A DNA stretch of 64,000 nt from Chlamydiales bacterium (GCA_020831465.1 JAFIGI010000012.1:2073-66072); one strand, 5' to 3'; shown: positions 45,610 through 55,183, counted from the stretch's first letter. Notes: generated by a model from the letters alone, not told the origin. Translations and numbers: made by a program.

Positions 45610-46708
45610 TCACCCAAATTCCTTTAAATAAGCAATGATAAAATCATCGAGCAATTCTCCATCCATCATCGCCTGAATATTGCCAGATTCGTAATGCGTG
45701 CGCGTATCCTTGACCAACGTATAGGGTTGGAAGACATAGTTTCGGATCTGCGATCCCCACGCAATCTCTTTTTTCTCTCCTCCCATCGCCCGGATGCTCT
45801 CTTCACGCTCCATGACCTCTTTTTCATAGAGTTTAGAGCGGAGCAGCTTCAAACAAGTTTCACGATTTTGCAGCTGGCTGCGCTCGCTTTGGCAAGAGAC
45901 CACGATTCCCGTCGGAACGTGGGTAATCCGGACAGCGGAATCGGTCACATTGACATGCTGCCCCCCCGCCCCTGAGGCGCGAAAAGTATCGACTCTGATG
46001 TCGCTCGGCGAAATTTCGATTTGGATATCATCTGTGATTTCGGGAGTCACATCGACAGAAGCAAAACTTGTGTGGCGCCGGTTGCCGCTGTCGAAGGGTG
46101 AGATGCGCACGAGGCGGTGGACCCCTTTCTCGGCTTTTGCATATCCATATGCAAAAGGCCCGATGAATTTGAGTGTGATGCTCTTGATTCCGGCGACCTC
46201 GCCATCGACGGAGTCAACGACTTCTATTTTCCAGTCGCGCTTTTCGGCCCAGCGATGGTACATACGCGACAGCATCAGAGCCCAGTCGCACGCTTCGGTA
46301 CCCCCCGCTCCCGCGTTGATGCTTAAAAAGCATGCCTTCTCATCCATCTCTCCCGAAAGCATCCGGCGCACTTCGAGCGCCTCGAGCTCTTTTTCGATTT
46401 TGGAAAGCTCCTCGAGCAGCTCGTTGATCAGGGAGTCATCCTCCATCTCACACGCTTCGGGCAGAAGGCTCTCTACCCCATCGAAACGCGTTTTGATCTC
46501 ACTGTAGGGAACCGTCCATCCCTTAAGCGCATTTGCTTCTGCAATCACCGCTTGAGCTTTGGCATTGTCATCCCAAAACTCAGGGTCTCCCATCTGCTTT
46601 TCTAACTCTTCGACACGCGTTTGCTTTGCCGCCAGGTCAAAGATACCTCCACATGTGAAGGGTTCGTTCTTTCACATTTTCCAAACGCTGTTGAATCTCT
46701 TCCCGCAT
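45610..46708 (-). CDS. prfB: peptide chain release factor 2, with programmed +1 frameshift
   Basis: Frame 0 from the ATG at 46708 (AGGAG upstream) encodes MREEIQQRLENVKERTLHMWRYL and then hits TGA in the motif AGG TAT CTT TGA C (CTTTGAC = 46642-46636). Shifting +1 continues DLAAKQTRVEELEKQMGDPEFW into ORF 45610-46593, which contains SPF and GGQHVN. Confidence 0.9.
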
Positions 46709-46781
46709 ACTCGCACTCCTAAGTGGCGGACCAGTCTACGTTTTCCTTTCCAAAAAGTCAATTTTGAAGATAATTTAGCAG

Positions 46782-47015
46782 ATGGCTTTTATCCCTGCTT
46801 TGCTTTCCGGATCTACGCAACTGACAATGACCACGGCACATGGTTCGGCAATGGCTCTTTCGTTAAATGATTTTTTTCTGAATCTCTTCATGAATCCCGG
46901 CGAAAATTCGACGGCTATTATGATCATGGGGGGTGTGACCGTCGCTGCCTGTGTAGGCCTCGCCTTTTTAATCATGAGACTCTACGAGAAGTGCTGCCCC
47001 GAAAGGAATACTTGA
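46782..47015 (+). CDS. possible small membrane protein
   Basis: 77-aa ORF in an otherwise 273-bp gap. C-terminal TM-like AIMIMGGVTVAACVGLAFLIM. No clear RBS. A 66-aa ORF also exists on the opposite strand. Confidence 0.3.
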   Translation: MAFIPALLSGSTQLTMTTAHGSAMALSLNDFFLNLFMNPGENSTAIMIMGGVTVAACVGLAFLIMRLYEKCCPERNT

Positions 47016-49015
47016 TTCCCTCTCATTTTGTAATGCCATTCCCAGCCGGCCCTCTCTTTCGCAAAAGATCCGTCCTTTCTTGCAATCCAGCGCTCTCCAT
47101 CGGGAACAACGATCGTCCGCTCCCCTTCAAAGACCACATCCTCGGCATAAAACTCGGAGTGACCCTCCAGCACAATGTTCAGGGCCCCCTGCCGCTTGAT
47201 TTGATTTTTCCAATAAGTGTTGGACGCCGAGCGGCAGATCCCCTCGTTTCTCACCTTCACCCCTCTTAAGACGCATTTCCCGGTCTTCTGGCTGTAGCGA
47301 AGGATCCCCTGTGAAAGATGCCCGATGATGTTGCGAGCTGAAATCCGCAAACTCCCCTCCAAATCAAAGCTCTCCATCTTCAAATCGGCAATCTCAAGCT
47401 GCAACTCAGCCCCATCGGCCATTCGTCCCTTGTGAATTTTTTGGGCAATAAGGGAGTAGAGTGGACCCAGAGCAGGGTGATAGAGGAAAAGGTTAGAGGG
47501 TCCCTCCTTCAAATAGGTTTCAGGAGAAGAAAAATCGGAAGCAACGACTGAGCACCATTCCCTTAAGAGGGTATGGGAGTTCAAGAGAAGATCATAAAAT
47601 GCACCCTCGGGAGTTTCGAGCATTTTATGGCCTGCCTCGAAACTTCTTTTCGCTGCGGAAATGGTACGCCGGCGTTCGTTGTAGGTCAAGAAGGTCGGAA
47701 GCGCTCTCCCTTTTTTTACCGGAAGAGCATCGGTAATATTTTGCATCATGCTCTCAAGGCGCCCCCCGATAAACTTGTCTTTCATGTTTAAAATCAGGCC
47801 TGGGAGAGGGTTTTTTTTGATCGCCGGTTGGAGCTTTTTGATATCGGCATACAAAATATTCGTGTTAGCGGGGTAAGAGGCGCCTTCAATTCCATATTTC
47901 TTAAAATCGGTATACTCGATATTCGAAAGATGGGAGAGCCCTCCCTCTTCTTTCATCACTAAAACGCCTTCAGCAGCATCGGGAAGTCGTTCGCAAGAGG
48001 CGAATCCGAAGGTTTTTTGCTCTTTTTTCCCGACACCTGCAAGGGCAAGCAGACCATGATCGACCCCTCCGATCGGGTTGTTGATTTGGCGGATCAGCAC
48101 TCTATGTTTCCCCTGTTTGAGAAACCAGTTAAAGACGCCCTCTTCCTCCGCCGTGCGCCATAGTGCTCCATGCCCTCCCGGCTCTAAAAGCGGCTCAAGC
48201 GGCGCACGCATCACCCATTCACCACGCGCACTAACCACCGGTACAGAGAGTTGCGAAAAGAGAAAAAAACTCTCTTTAGGACGGCTAAACCAGTTGTTTT
48301 TTTCGCAGATCGCGCGCACCAGGAGCGCGTTTTTTTTCTCAAGTGAGGTCATCATCGCGACCGGCATCGTAACCTGCTTTCCGAAAAGGCGGTAATAGAG
48401 GAACTCGCGTGCCTGCAGATCGCGTATAAGGCCGTGGAGCAATGTGGTGCCTAGAAAGGGCAGGCAGGCCGCGGGAAGGGGTTCGCCGCTTTTCGAGATC
48501 AAATTTAAGCGCGAGCCAAGCCCTCCAATCGGATAGATTTCGCCCATTTCAGGAATTGCTTCTATCCCCGCAGCCACAGAGGCCTCCACATCGCTTGATG
48601 CACACGCGAGATCGATCCCTGGAGCCCGCGTATAACGCGCCGCCGGGACTTCCTCTTCTTTTTTTGCGAGAAGCTGCAAGACCTTAAGGTGGTAGCCTGC
48701 TATCCCGCCGATGCTTTCATAGAACCTCTCTATCGAAGTCAGAAGAGCGATTAGCGCACGCAACTTCTCTCTGGGGGGACTGCCTTCGGGATAGAAGAAA
48801 AGACGTTTTTCCTGGCCAATAGCTACCAAGGAAAAGAGAGCGATTTTAGACGAAAGATCGTAGCTGTGGAGGAAAAATGGCTTCAAGCTCTCTTCTGAAG
48901 CCCTATTTAGTCGCGGGTGAGAGAGGAGGATTTCCTGCTTCTCTCCTAAATCCCTGGTCCTTTTTAAAGATAGGACTAGCGGAGTGAGTATTGCGATTTC
49001 CTCTTCAAAATCCAT
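46982..49015 (-). CDS. UDP-sugar pyrophosphorylase (UDPGP family)-like nucleotidyltransferase
   Basis: 677 aa. IYPIGGLGSRL nucleotidyltransferase loop and LEPGGHGALWR resemble eukaryote-type UDPGP motifs (LNGGLGTxMG, PxGHGD). Confidence 0.55.
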   Translation of the reverse strand: MDFEEEIAILTPLVLSLKRTRDLGEKQEILLSHPRLNRASEESLKPFFLHSYDLSSKIALFSLVAIGQEKRLFFYPEGSPPREKLRALIALLTSIERFYESIGGIAGYHLKVLQLLAKKEEEVPAARYTRAPGIDLACASSDVEASVAAGIEAIPEMGEIYPIGGLGSRLNLISKSGEPLPAACLPFLGTTLLHGLIRDLQAREFLYYRLFGKQVTMPVAMMTSLEKKNALLVRAICEKNNWFSRPKESFFLFSQLSVPVVSARGEWVMRAPLEPLLEPGGHGALWRTAEEEGVFNWFLKQGKHRVLIRQINNPIGGVDHGLLALAGVGKKEQKTFGFASCERLPDAAEGVLVMKEEGGLSHLSNIEYTDFKKYGIEGASYPANTNILYADIKKLQPAIKKNPLPGLILNMKDKFIGGRLESMMQNITDALPVKKGRALPTFLTYNERRRTISAAKRSFEAGHKMLETPEGAFYDLLLNSHTLLREWCSVVASDFSSPETYLKEGPSNLFLYHPALGPLYSLIAQKIHKGRMADGAELQLEIADLKMESFDLEGSLRISARNIIGHLSQGILRYSQKTGKCVLRGVKVRNEGICRSASNTYWKNQIKRQGALNIVLEGHSEFYAEDVVFEGERTIVVPDGERWIARKDGSFAKERAGWEWHYKMRGNQVFLSGQHFS

Positions 49016-49169
49016 AGCGCGAAAAGATAGTATACAATCTATTAAGGTTCAAATATTTAAAATCTCTCTGGAGAGCGAGCTCTTTAATTTGTTTTGACGA
49101 GAAACCGCTGTGAACGATAAAAGAATTGGAACGAAGAGTAAACTTTTTTTCCAAGTTAAGGAGTTAAAC

Positions 49170-49430
49170 ATGGTGACAAAGAAGAAAAACAGCGCATTTA
49201 TGCAGCCTGTCGATATTAGCGACGATCTAAAAGCTGTTGTTGGACCGGGCCCTTTGCCGCGTACAGAAATCATTAAAAAGTTGTGGGCATATATCAAAAA
49301 ACATGGTTGCCAGGATCAAAAAAACAAACGCAATATCATTCCTGATGAGAAACTTGCGAAGGTATTCGGTTCAAAGAGTCCGATCGACATGTTCCAAATG
49401 ACAAAAAAAGTTTCAAAACACATCAAGTAA
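49170..49430 (+). CDS. SWIB/MDM2 domain protein
   Basis: 86 aa from the ATG at 49170 (AAGGAG upstream). LKAVVGPGPLPRTEIIKKLWAYIKKHGCQDQKNKRNIIPDEKLAKVFG is a SWIB domain. It lies near prfB, as CT460 does in C. trachomatis. Confidence 0.85.
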   Translation: MVTKKKNSAFMQPVDISDDLKAVVGPGPLPRTEIIKKLWAYIKKHGCQDQKNKRNIIPDEKLAKVFGSKSPIDMFQMTKKVSKHIK

Positions 49431-49486
49431 CTTTTTTGTTATTACCTTGTAAATCTTAAGTAGCAATCTTCATGGTTGCTGCTTTG

Positions 49487-49629
49487 GGTGTGTCATCAAT
49501 TAGAGGAGGCTGGACATTTAGAGATTGCTGCGGTAAAATCGTCGATCTCATGCGTAGGACTTTATGGGGGGATAGGCAATTTTACCCAAAAAGCTCCAAT
49601 GTACACCTTCCTCTAATTGATGACACACC
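49487..49629. repeat. long inverted repeat (143-bp imperfect hairpin) upstream of the yaeI-like gene
   Basis: Perfect 21-nt arms GGTGTGTCATCAATTAGAGGA (49487-49507) and TCCTCTAATTGATGACACACC (49609-49629). Weaker inner complementarity (CGGTAAAATCG vs CAATTTTACCC). It ends 2 nt before the ATG at 49631. Confidence 0.6.
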
Positions 49630-49630
49630 T

Positions 49631-50584
49631 ATGTCTCTCTTTATTGATTTTCTGAGTATTGCTTCCGTTCTCGGAATTTGGCCTCGTTTTATTGAACCTA
49701 AAATGGTTTCCCTAACCGAAACTATATGGAATTTAGGTCCGGGTCAAAGTCATTTGGACAACCTCTCGATTGTCCACATCAGCGACCTCCATTTTCATAA
49801 GGATCTTTCCCAAAAATTTTTGGACAAAGTTGTCCGCCGGATCTGCCGAAAACGACCCGATTTAATCCTTTTTACCGGGGATCTCCTTTGTTACGGCCGG
49901 TTGGAGGAGGCAAGCCGCCTGAAACGCTTTCTTGAAAGATTGGAAGCCCCTTTGGGGTGTTATTGCACTTTAGGGAATCACGACTACAGCCGGTACGTCA
50001 CTCTAAACCGGGAGGGGAAGTATGATTTGCTCCCTCCTCTAAACCCGATTCGAGGCGTGCTCCGCGGCCTGGCTGCACTCATCTTATCTTCTCCAACGGG
50101 AAAGGGAGTTACTGATGCCGTCCTTTCCATCCCGCTTCATCAAGAGCTATGTGCGCTTTTAAGCGAGACCCCTTTTCAATTGCTTGAAAACGCAACGGTG
50201 ACCCTGCCTATTGGATTGAATATCACAGGCTTAGGAGATATGGCTCTTGGCAGGTGCCGACCTGACACCGCCTTTGCCGGCTACAATCGGGAGTACCCCG
50301 GAATGATTCTCTCGCACAACCCCGACTCATTTCCCCTGCTTCTTCCCTATCCCGGCGACTGGATTCTCTCGGGCCATACTCATGGAGAGCAAATTCACTT
50401 TCCCTGGCCGAAATGGCTCAACCGGATCTCCCAAAAGCTTGCACGCCTCGAGAATCGCGGGTATACTCGTGGGCTCTTTACAGTCGGAGATAAAAAAATG
50501 TATGTAAACAGAGGTTTGGGGTGCCACAAGCCCTTCCGCTTCTGCTCAATCCCTGAAATAAACGTCATACGAACGAAAAGATGA
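49631..50584 (+). CDS. YaeI-like metallophosphoesterase
   Basis: VHISDLHFH, GDLL, GNHD and GHTHGEQ calcineurin-like phosphoesterase motifs. Start placed at M54 of ORF 49472-50584 because the upstream 53 codons coincide with the inverted repeat. Confidence 0.8.
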   Translation: MSLFIDFLSIASVLGIWPRFIEPKMVSLTETIWNLGPGQSHLDNLSIVHISDLHFHKDLSQKFLDKVVRRICRKRPDLILFTGDLLCYGRLEEASRLKRFLERLEAPLGCYCTLGNHDYSRYVTLNREGKYDLLPPLNPIRGVLRGLAALILSSPTGKGVTDAVLSIPLHQELCALLSETPFQLLENATVTLPIGLNITGLGDMALGRCRPDTAFAGYNREYPGMILSHNPDSFPLLLPYPGDWILSGHTHGEQIHFPWPKWLNRISQKLARLENRGYTRGLFTVGDKKMYVNRGLGCHKPFRFCSIPEINVIRTKR

Positions 50585-51249
50585 AGATCAGCGTCATTCT
50601 GCTTGCCGGAGGAAAAGGGAGCCGGATGGGAACAGCGCTTCCCAAGCAATTTCTGCTTCTTGATGAAAGGCCGATTGCCTGCAGGAGTTTAGAGATATTT
50701 CTGAACCACTCTGCTGTTTCTGAGGTGATTGTGGTCTGCGCCTCTGCATACCGCCCTTTTTTTTCCGGATACGACGTACAGTTTGCCAATCCGGGAGAGA
50801 GGCGACAAGACTCTCTGTTTAACGGCCTTGCATTTGCCAGGCATGAGTGGGTCTGCGTCCACGACGCAGCTCGTCCCTACCTCACTCGCGAACTGCTGAC
50901 ACGGTTAATCGACGAAGGAAAAGAGATAGGAGCTGCGACCCTTGCGATGCCGGTCAAGAATACGGTTAAAGAGAGCGATGAAAGCGGTTTTGTCCGCTCA
51001 ACCCCCGATCGAGAGTACATCTGGGAAGTGCAAACCCCACAGCTACTCACTAAAGAGGTTTTGCTCAAAGGATTTGCTTATGCGGACAAGCACGGCCTCA
51101 CTGTGACCGACGACGTCTCGCTTGCCGAATTGATCGGTCATCCTGTCAAGCTTGTTCCCGGTTCCTATGAAAACATCAAAATCACAACTCCTGAAGATTT
51201 ATGCCAAAATATAGGTTTACCCTCTCTTACGATGGGACTGACTATGTAG
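50581..51249 (+). CDS. ispD: 2-C-methyl-D-erythritol 4-phosphate cytidylyltransferase
   Basis: 222 aa. ISVILLAGGKGSRMG...PKQF and VHDAARP are IspD motifs. Confidence 0.92.
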   Translation: MKISVILLAGGKGSRMGTALPKQFLLLDERPIACRSLEIFLNHSAVSEVIVVCASAYRPFFSGYDVQFANPGERRQDSLFNGLAFARHEWVCVHDAARPYLTRELLTRLIDEGKEIGAATLAMPVKNTVKESDESGFVRSTPDREYIWEVQTPQLLTKEVLLKGFAYADKHGLTVTDDVSLAELIGHPVKLVPGSYENIKITTPEDLCQNIGLPSLTMGLTM

Positions 51250-51986
51250 GGTGGCAGATCCAGCCAAACGGCAGGTCTATCCAGGGACTTCTTGAGGAGG
51301 CCCTAAAGACTCTACTGGGCGAAAAGACCCGCGTCTACGGAGCAGGTAGGACTGACGCGGGAGCGCATGCGTTAGAGCAATCGGCCCACTTTCTCTCAGA
51401 AGCAGAACTCGATTGCGAGCAGGCGCTCCGCTCGTTAAACGGGATGCTCCCCTACGATATCCGTCTTTTGCAGCTTTTTCCCGCTCCCGAGACTTTTCAC
51501 GCGCAATATTCAGCCGTTGGCAAGGATTACCATTACCATCTATGGCTCGGCCCGACGATCTCCCCCTTCGTCCGCCGCTACCGCCATCAAATTGGCTACC
51601 CGCTCGACCTCAAGCGTATGAACCTGGCGGCCCAGGAGTTTGTTGGAACCCACGATTTCGCCACTTTTGCCAATCTCGGCAGCTCGGTTAAAACGACCGT
51701 CCGCACGATTAAACGTCTCGATATTATCGAGCAAGAGGGAGGAGTCCGTCTGGAGTTTCAAGGGGACGGTTTTTTGTATAAAATGGTACGCAATATCGTA
51801 GGTACGCTCATTGAAGTGGCAAGCGGAAGAAGAGAGTTCCAGGAGATTTGCGCTCTCTTGGAGGCAAAAGATCGGCGCGCAGCCGGCATCGCCGCACCTG
51901 CTCGAGGCCTCTTTCTCGTGCGCGTGCATTATTTACCGAGATCGTCAAAGCTAGAGACATGCTCGAACTTTTTATCCAATTCTTGA
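51201..51986 (+). CDS. truA: tRNA pseudouridine(38-40) synthase
   Basis: 261 aa. YRFTLSYDGTDYVGWQIQPN and GAGRTDAGAHA (catalytic Asp). Confidence 0.92.
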   Translation: MPKYRFTLSYDGTDYVGWQIQPNGRSIQGLLEEALKTLLGEKTRVYGAGRTDAGAHALEQSAHFLSEAELDCEQALRSLNGMLPYDIRLLQLFPAPETFHAQYSAVGKDYHYHLWLGPTISPFVRRYRHQIGYPLDLKRMNLAAQEFVGTHDFATFANLGSSVKTTVRTIKRLDIIEQEGGVRLEFQGDGFLYKMVRNIVGTLIEVASGRREFQEICALLEAKDRRAAGIAAPARGLFLVRVHYLPRSSKLETCSNFLSNS

Positions 51987-52624
51987 GCGAGCTTTTTCAA
52001 TTCTTGTTCAGAAAAAAGATCAGTGACCAGAACAGCCTTCGCATCGGTCCCCAAAAGAGCTTTCAACCCGCGTGGAGAGTCTTCGAACCCGATCACCCTT
52101 TCCCCCTCTTCCGCCAGCTTCTCGATCGCCCTCTGATAACATTCGGGCGAGGGCTTCGGCTCGGAATAATCTTCGCGTGTGATCCAATGGGGAATCGAAT
52201 TGAGGACCGGCTGGCGGGCGCGAATCAATTTGATCTGCTCGGCGCTTGAGTGGGTGACGACGCATCGCTTGATCCCCGATCTTTCGAGCTCTTTGAGCAG
52301 CCTTTCGACTCCGGGCATTAGAGAGGCGCCTCGACGGACTAGAAGTTCGGCATATGCCTGTTTTTTCTCCCGGTAAAGAATCTCCCAGCACGGTTCATAA
52401 CGTTTCAAATCGGGAAACTCTTGATAGATTCCCTCTTTTAGGCCGCTAGCACTGTACATCGCGTGGCGAATATATGTTCGCATATCCCATTTGAGCGAAA
52501 ATCCACGATTGGCGCACATTTTCTTGTAAGCAAGGTAGTGAAGCTCCTCGGTATTCACAAGAATTCCGTCGAAATCAAAGAGAAAAAGTTGATAATCGTG
52601 AATCCAATGCACAATCGCTATCAT
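51929..52624 (-). CDS. HAD-superfamily hydrolase (phosphoglycolate phosphatase / beta-phosphoglucomutase-like)
   Basis: 231 aa. LFLFDFDGILVNTE (DxDG motif I), VVTHS (motif II), FEDSPRG. Confidence 0.8.
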   Translation of the reverse strand: MIAIVHWIHDYQLFLFDFDGILVNTEELHYLAYKKMCANRGFSLKWDMRTYIRHAMYSASGLKEGIYQEFPDLKRYEPCWEILYREKKQAYAELLVRRGASLMPGVERLLKELERSGIKRCVVTHSSAEQIKLIRARQPVLNSIPHWITREDYSEPKPSPECYQRAIEKLAEEGERVIGFEDSPRGLKALLGTDAKAVLVTDLFSEQELKKLAQELDKKFEHVSSFDDLGK

Positions 52625-53413
52625 AAAGTTCTGCTACTATTTCTTCTACTCTTAGTTACCGGCTGTAGTGACGATGGGAAGAAGGTGCGCCGGCAGAATT
52701 TGCGCGGCGAATTTCTCGTCCGCAATCATGACGAATATTTTTTTACCCCGCCTCCGCCCCAGCCGCGAACACGCGCTACCTATCCATGGGAAGAGACATA
52801 TGTAGGAGGCTTTCCGCGGATTACAAAAGAATTTTTCCGCTGCAAAGGAAATCCCCTAAATCCCGTCGTTGTCCAGGAAAGAGGTGGTAAAGAACCTTTT
52901 TACTTCCGCGATTGCCCCGGGGGGAGGCGGCACGGCCTTCCTCTGAAGGAAGGGAGGGAATTCGTCTATCCCTGCCTAATCGACCTGCTTAACTACATCC
53001 AGGAAAAGACGGAAAGGCGTGTTGTCGTCACGACAGGCCACAGATGCCCTATCCACAATGCTTACTGCGATCAAACCCCTTACAACTGGGGGTCCAAGCA
53101 CATGCTGGGGGCCGAAGTTGACTTTTACGTCGAAGGAATGGAGGAAGAGCCCGAAAAAATCATCAATCTGCTTATGGCCTACTACAAAAATGAGGAGCCA
53201 TTTTTGCGCTACAACCGCGAGGGGCTAAATATCTCGACCCCTCCTTGGTACAACAAGGAGATATTTATTAAACTCTACCTTTCCCATGAGGGGCGTGACT
53301 TCGACAACCAGCATCCCTATCCCTATATTGGCATCCAGGTCCGCTACGATCGCGACGAGAAGGCGCGCGTGGTCTTTACCCAGGAACAGGCGCAAAACTA
53401 TTTGCGCCATTAG
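52607..53413 (+). CDS. lipoprotein with peptidase M15A (YcbK/MepK-like) motif
   Basis: Start at M49 of ORF 52463-53413. MHNRYHKVLLLFLLLLVTGC is a lipobox. TTGHRCPIHNAYC...WGSKHMLGAEVDF fits the S-x-H-x-x-G-x-A-x-D zinc-peptidase pattern. Confidence 0.5.
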   Translation: MHNRYHKVLLLFLLLLVTGCSDDGKKVRRQNLRGEFLVRNHDEYFFTPPPPQPRTRATYPWEETYVGGFPRITKEFFRCKGNPLNPVVVQERGGKEPFYFRDCPGGRRHGLPLKEGREFVYPCLIDLLNYIQEKTERRVVVTTGHRCPIHNAYCDQTPYNWGSKHMLGAEVDFYVEGMEEEPEKIINLLMAYYKNEEPFLRYNREGLNISTPPWYNKEIFIKLYLSHEGRDFDNQHPYPYIGIQVRYDRDEKARVVFTQEQAQNYLRH

Positions 53414-53448
53414 CTTTCAACCTGTATAGTTTTGCTACCCACTTAGGC

Positions 53449-53532
53449 GCCGACGTGGCGGAATTGGTAGACGCGGTAGACTCAAAATCTACTTCTAGCG
53501 ATAGAGTGTCGGTTCGAGTCCGACCGTCGGCA
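53449..53532 (+). tRNA. tRNA-Leu (anticodon CAA)
   Basis: Hand fold: acceptor GCCGACG/CGTCGGC, D arm GCGGAATTGGTAGACGC, anticodon stem GTAGA/TCTAC with loop CTCAAAA, long variable arm, T arm GTCGG-TTCGAGT-CCGAC. CCA is not encoded. Confidence 0.9.
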
Positions 53533-53536
53533 CATT

Positions 53537-55183
53537 TTAAAGCGAAAAAAGCTCTGTAAATCGGAAAGCTTCTCCATCGAAAAGTCCCCGGTCGCTTAAT
53601 TTTAGCTGAGGAATGACAAGAAGAGCCATAAAGGAGAGGGTCATAAAGGGCGCATTCAAGGTGCATCCAAGAGATTTAGCCAAAGCTTCCAAACCCTTGT
53701 ACTTCTTTGCGACGAGAGTTCCTTCTAGATTTGACATGAGCCCTGCAATCGGAAAGGGCAAACACTCCTCGACCTCTCCATCAATCGCACAAAGTCCTCC
53801 TTGATGCACAATGATGCAATTGACCGCCCTGCAAAGAGATTCATCCGTAGCTCCTACGGCTATAATATTGTGGGAATCATGAGCGACCGAAGAGGCGATA
53901 GCTCCCCGCTGAAGACCAAAACCCTTAATAAAGGCAACCATCGGCGGTTTATTTTGGTAACGATTGACGACCGCTATCTTGAGAAGATCTCGACTTGGGT
54001 CGGGAACAACGAAATTTCCCTTAAGAAGAGGACTAGCGAGGGATTTTTTTGTAATGAGCTGGCCATCGATCGCCTCAATCACTTTGATCGAGCCTGGACT
54101 AGCAAGAACGCGAAAATCCTCGACTAATTTCTTCTTCGCCTCAAAATGATTAATGAGTTCGGGAATAATCCGAGGGAATAGAATTTTACCCTCCCTATAA
54201 ACGCATTCCCCATTAACAAAAGCACTCCGAACAGTGAAATCTTTTAAATTGTCCACTTCAATGAAATCCCCAGGATCCCCCTCTCTAAGCAATCCCATTT
54301 CGAGTCCATAGTGCTGAATCGGATTCCAAGAGGCGGAACGGAGAACCTTCATTAAATCTGCCCCCTTCTCTACCGCTCGTCTCACAAGAAGATTCACCCC
54401 GCCCTGAAGAAGGGAATAGGGGTCTATGTCATCGGTACACAACATGCAATCTTCCGGAGCTTCTAATAGAAGAGGAAAGAGGGAATCAAAATTACGGGCA
54501 GCCGACCCTTCTCGAATCAAAATCTTCATCCCTAAAGCAATTTTCTGCTTTGCTTCGTCTACTGAAACACATTCGTGATCCGTAGCTATGCCCGCTGAGA
54601 TATACTTCTTTAAATCTTCACCGCTTACTTGAGGGGCATGTCCATCAATTTTTTTGTGGAGTTCATTGGCAATCGCAATTTTCGCGATTATCCCAGGATT
54701 TCGCTGGATGACGCCTGGAAAATCCATCACCTCGGTGAGATATTTAATTTCATTTTTTGAAAGAAGATAACGAACTTCATCAGATCCTATATTCGCCCCT
54801 GAAGTCTCAAAATTTGTAGCTGGAACGCAAGAAGGCGCTCCAAAATAAAACTTAAAAGGGACATGGGAGGCATTTTGCAACATGTATTCTACACCGGCCA
54901 CTCCTAGGACATTCCCAATTTCATGGGGGTCGCTAATCGTTGCAAGCACCCCGGCCGGAAGGGCAAATCGGGCAAATTCCGATGGCGGTAACATGGAGCT
55001 CTCAATGTGAACGTGAGAATCGACAAAGCCCGGGATTAGAAAGCGACCCTCCACTCCCTCCTTGCGATGAATCGAAAAAATTTTTCCCTCTTTAATTTCT
55101 ATCGTCGCCGGATATATGGTTTCATGAATAATATCGACTAGATTGCCTGAAATTTTTTTAGATTCTCCCATCGGGTTGTTCAC
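53537..55183 (-). CDS. ade: adenine deaminase
   Basis: 548 aa. GFVDSHVHIESSMLPPSEFARFALPAGVLATISDPHEIGNVLG closely parallels E. coli Ade (GFIDAHLHIESSMM...DPHEIVNVMG, from memory). Confidence 0.88.
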   Translation of the reverse strand: MNNPMGESKKISGNLVDIIHETIYPATIEIKEGKIFSIHRKEGVEGRFLIPGFVDSHVHIESSMLPPSEFARFALPAGVLATISDPHEIGNVLGVAGVEYMLQNASHVPFKFYFGAPSCVPATNFETSGANIGSDEVRYLLSKNEIKYLTEVMDFPGVIQRNPGIIAKIAIANELHKKIDGHAPQVSGEDLKKYISAGIATDHECVSVDEAKQKIALGMKILIREGSAARNFDSLFPLLLEAPEDCMLCTDDIDPYSLLQGGVNLLVRRAVEKGADLMKVLRSASWNPIQHYGLEMGLLREGDPGDFIEVDNLKDFTVRSAFVNGECVYREGKILFPRIIPELINHFEAKKKLVEDFRVLASPGSIKVIEAIDGQLITKKSLASPLLKGNFVVPDPSRDLLKIAVVNRYQNKPPMVAFIKGFGLQRGAIASSVAHDSHNIIAVGATDESLCRAVNCIIVHQGGLCAIDGEVEECLPFPIAGLMSNLEGTLVAKKYKGLEALAKSLGCTLNAPFMTLSFMALLVIPQLKLSDRGLFDGEAFRFTELFSL

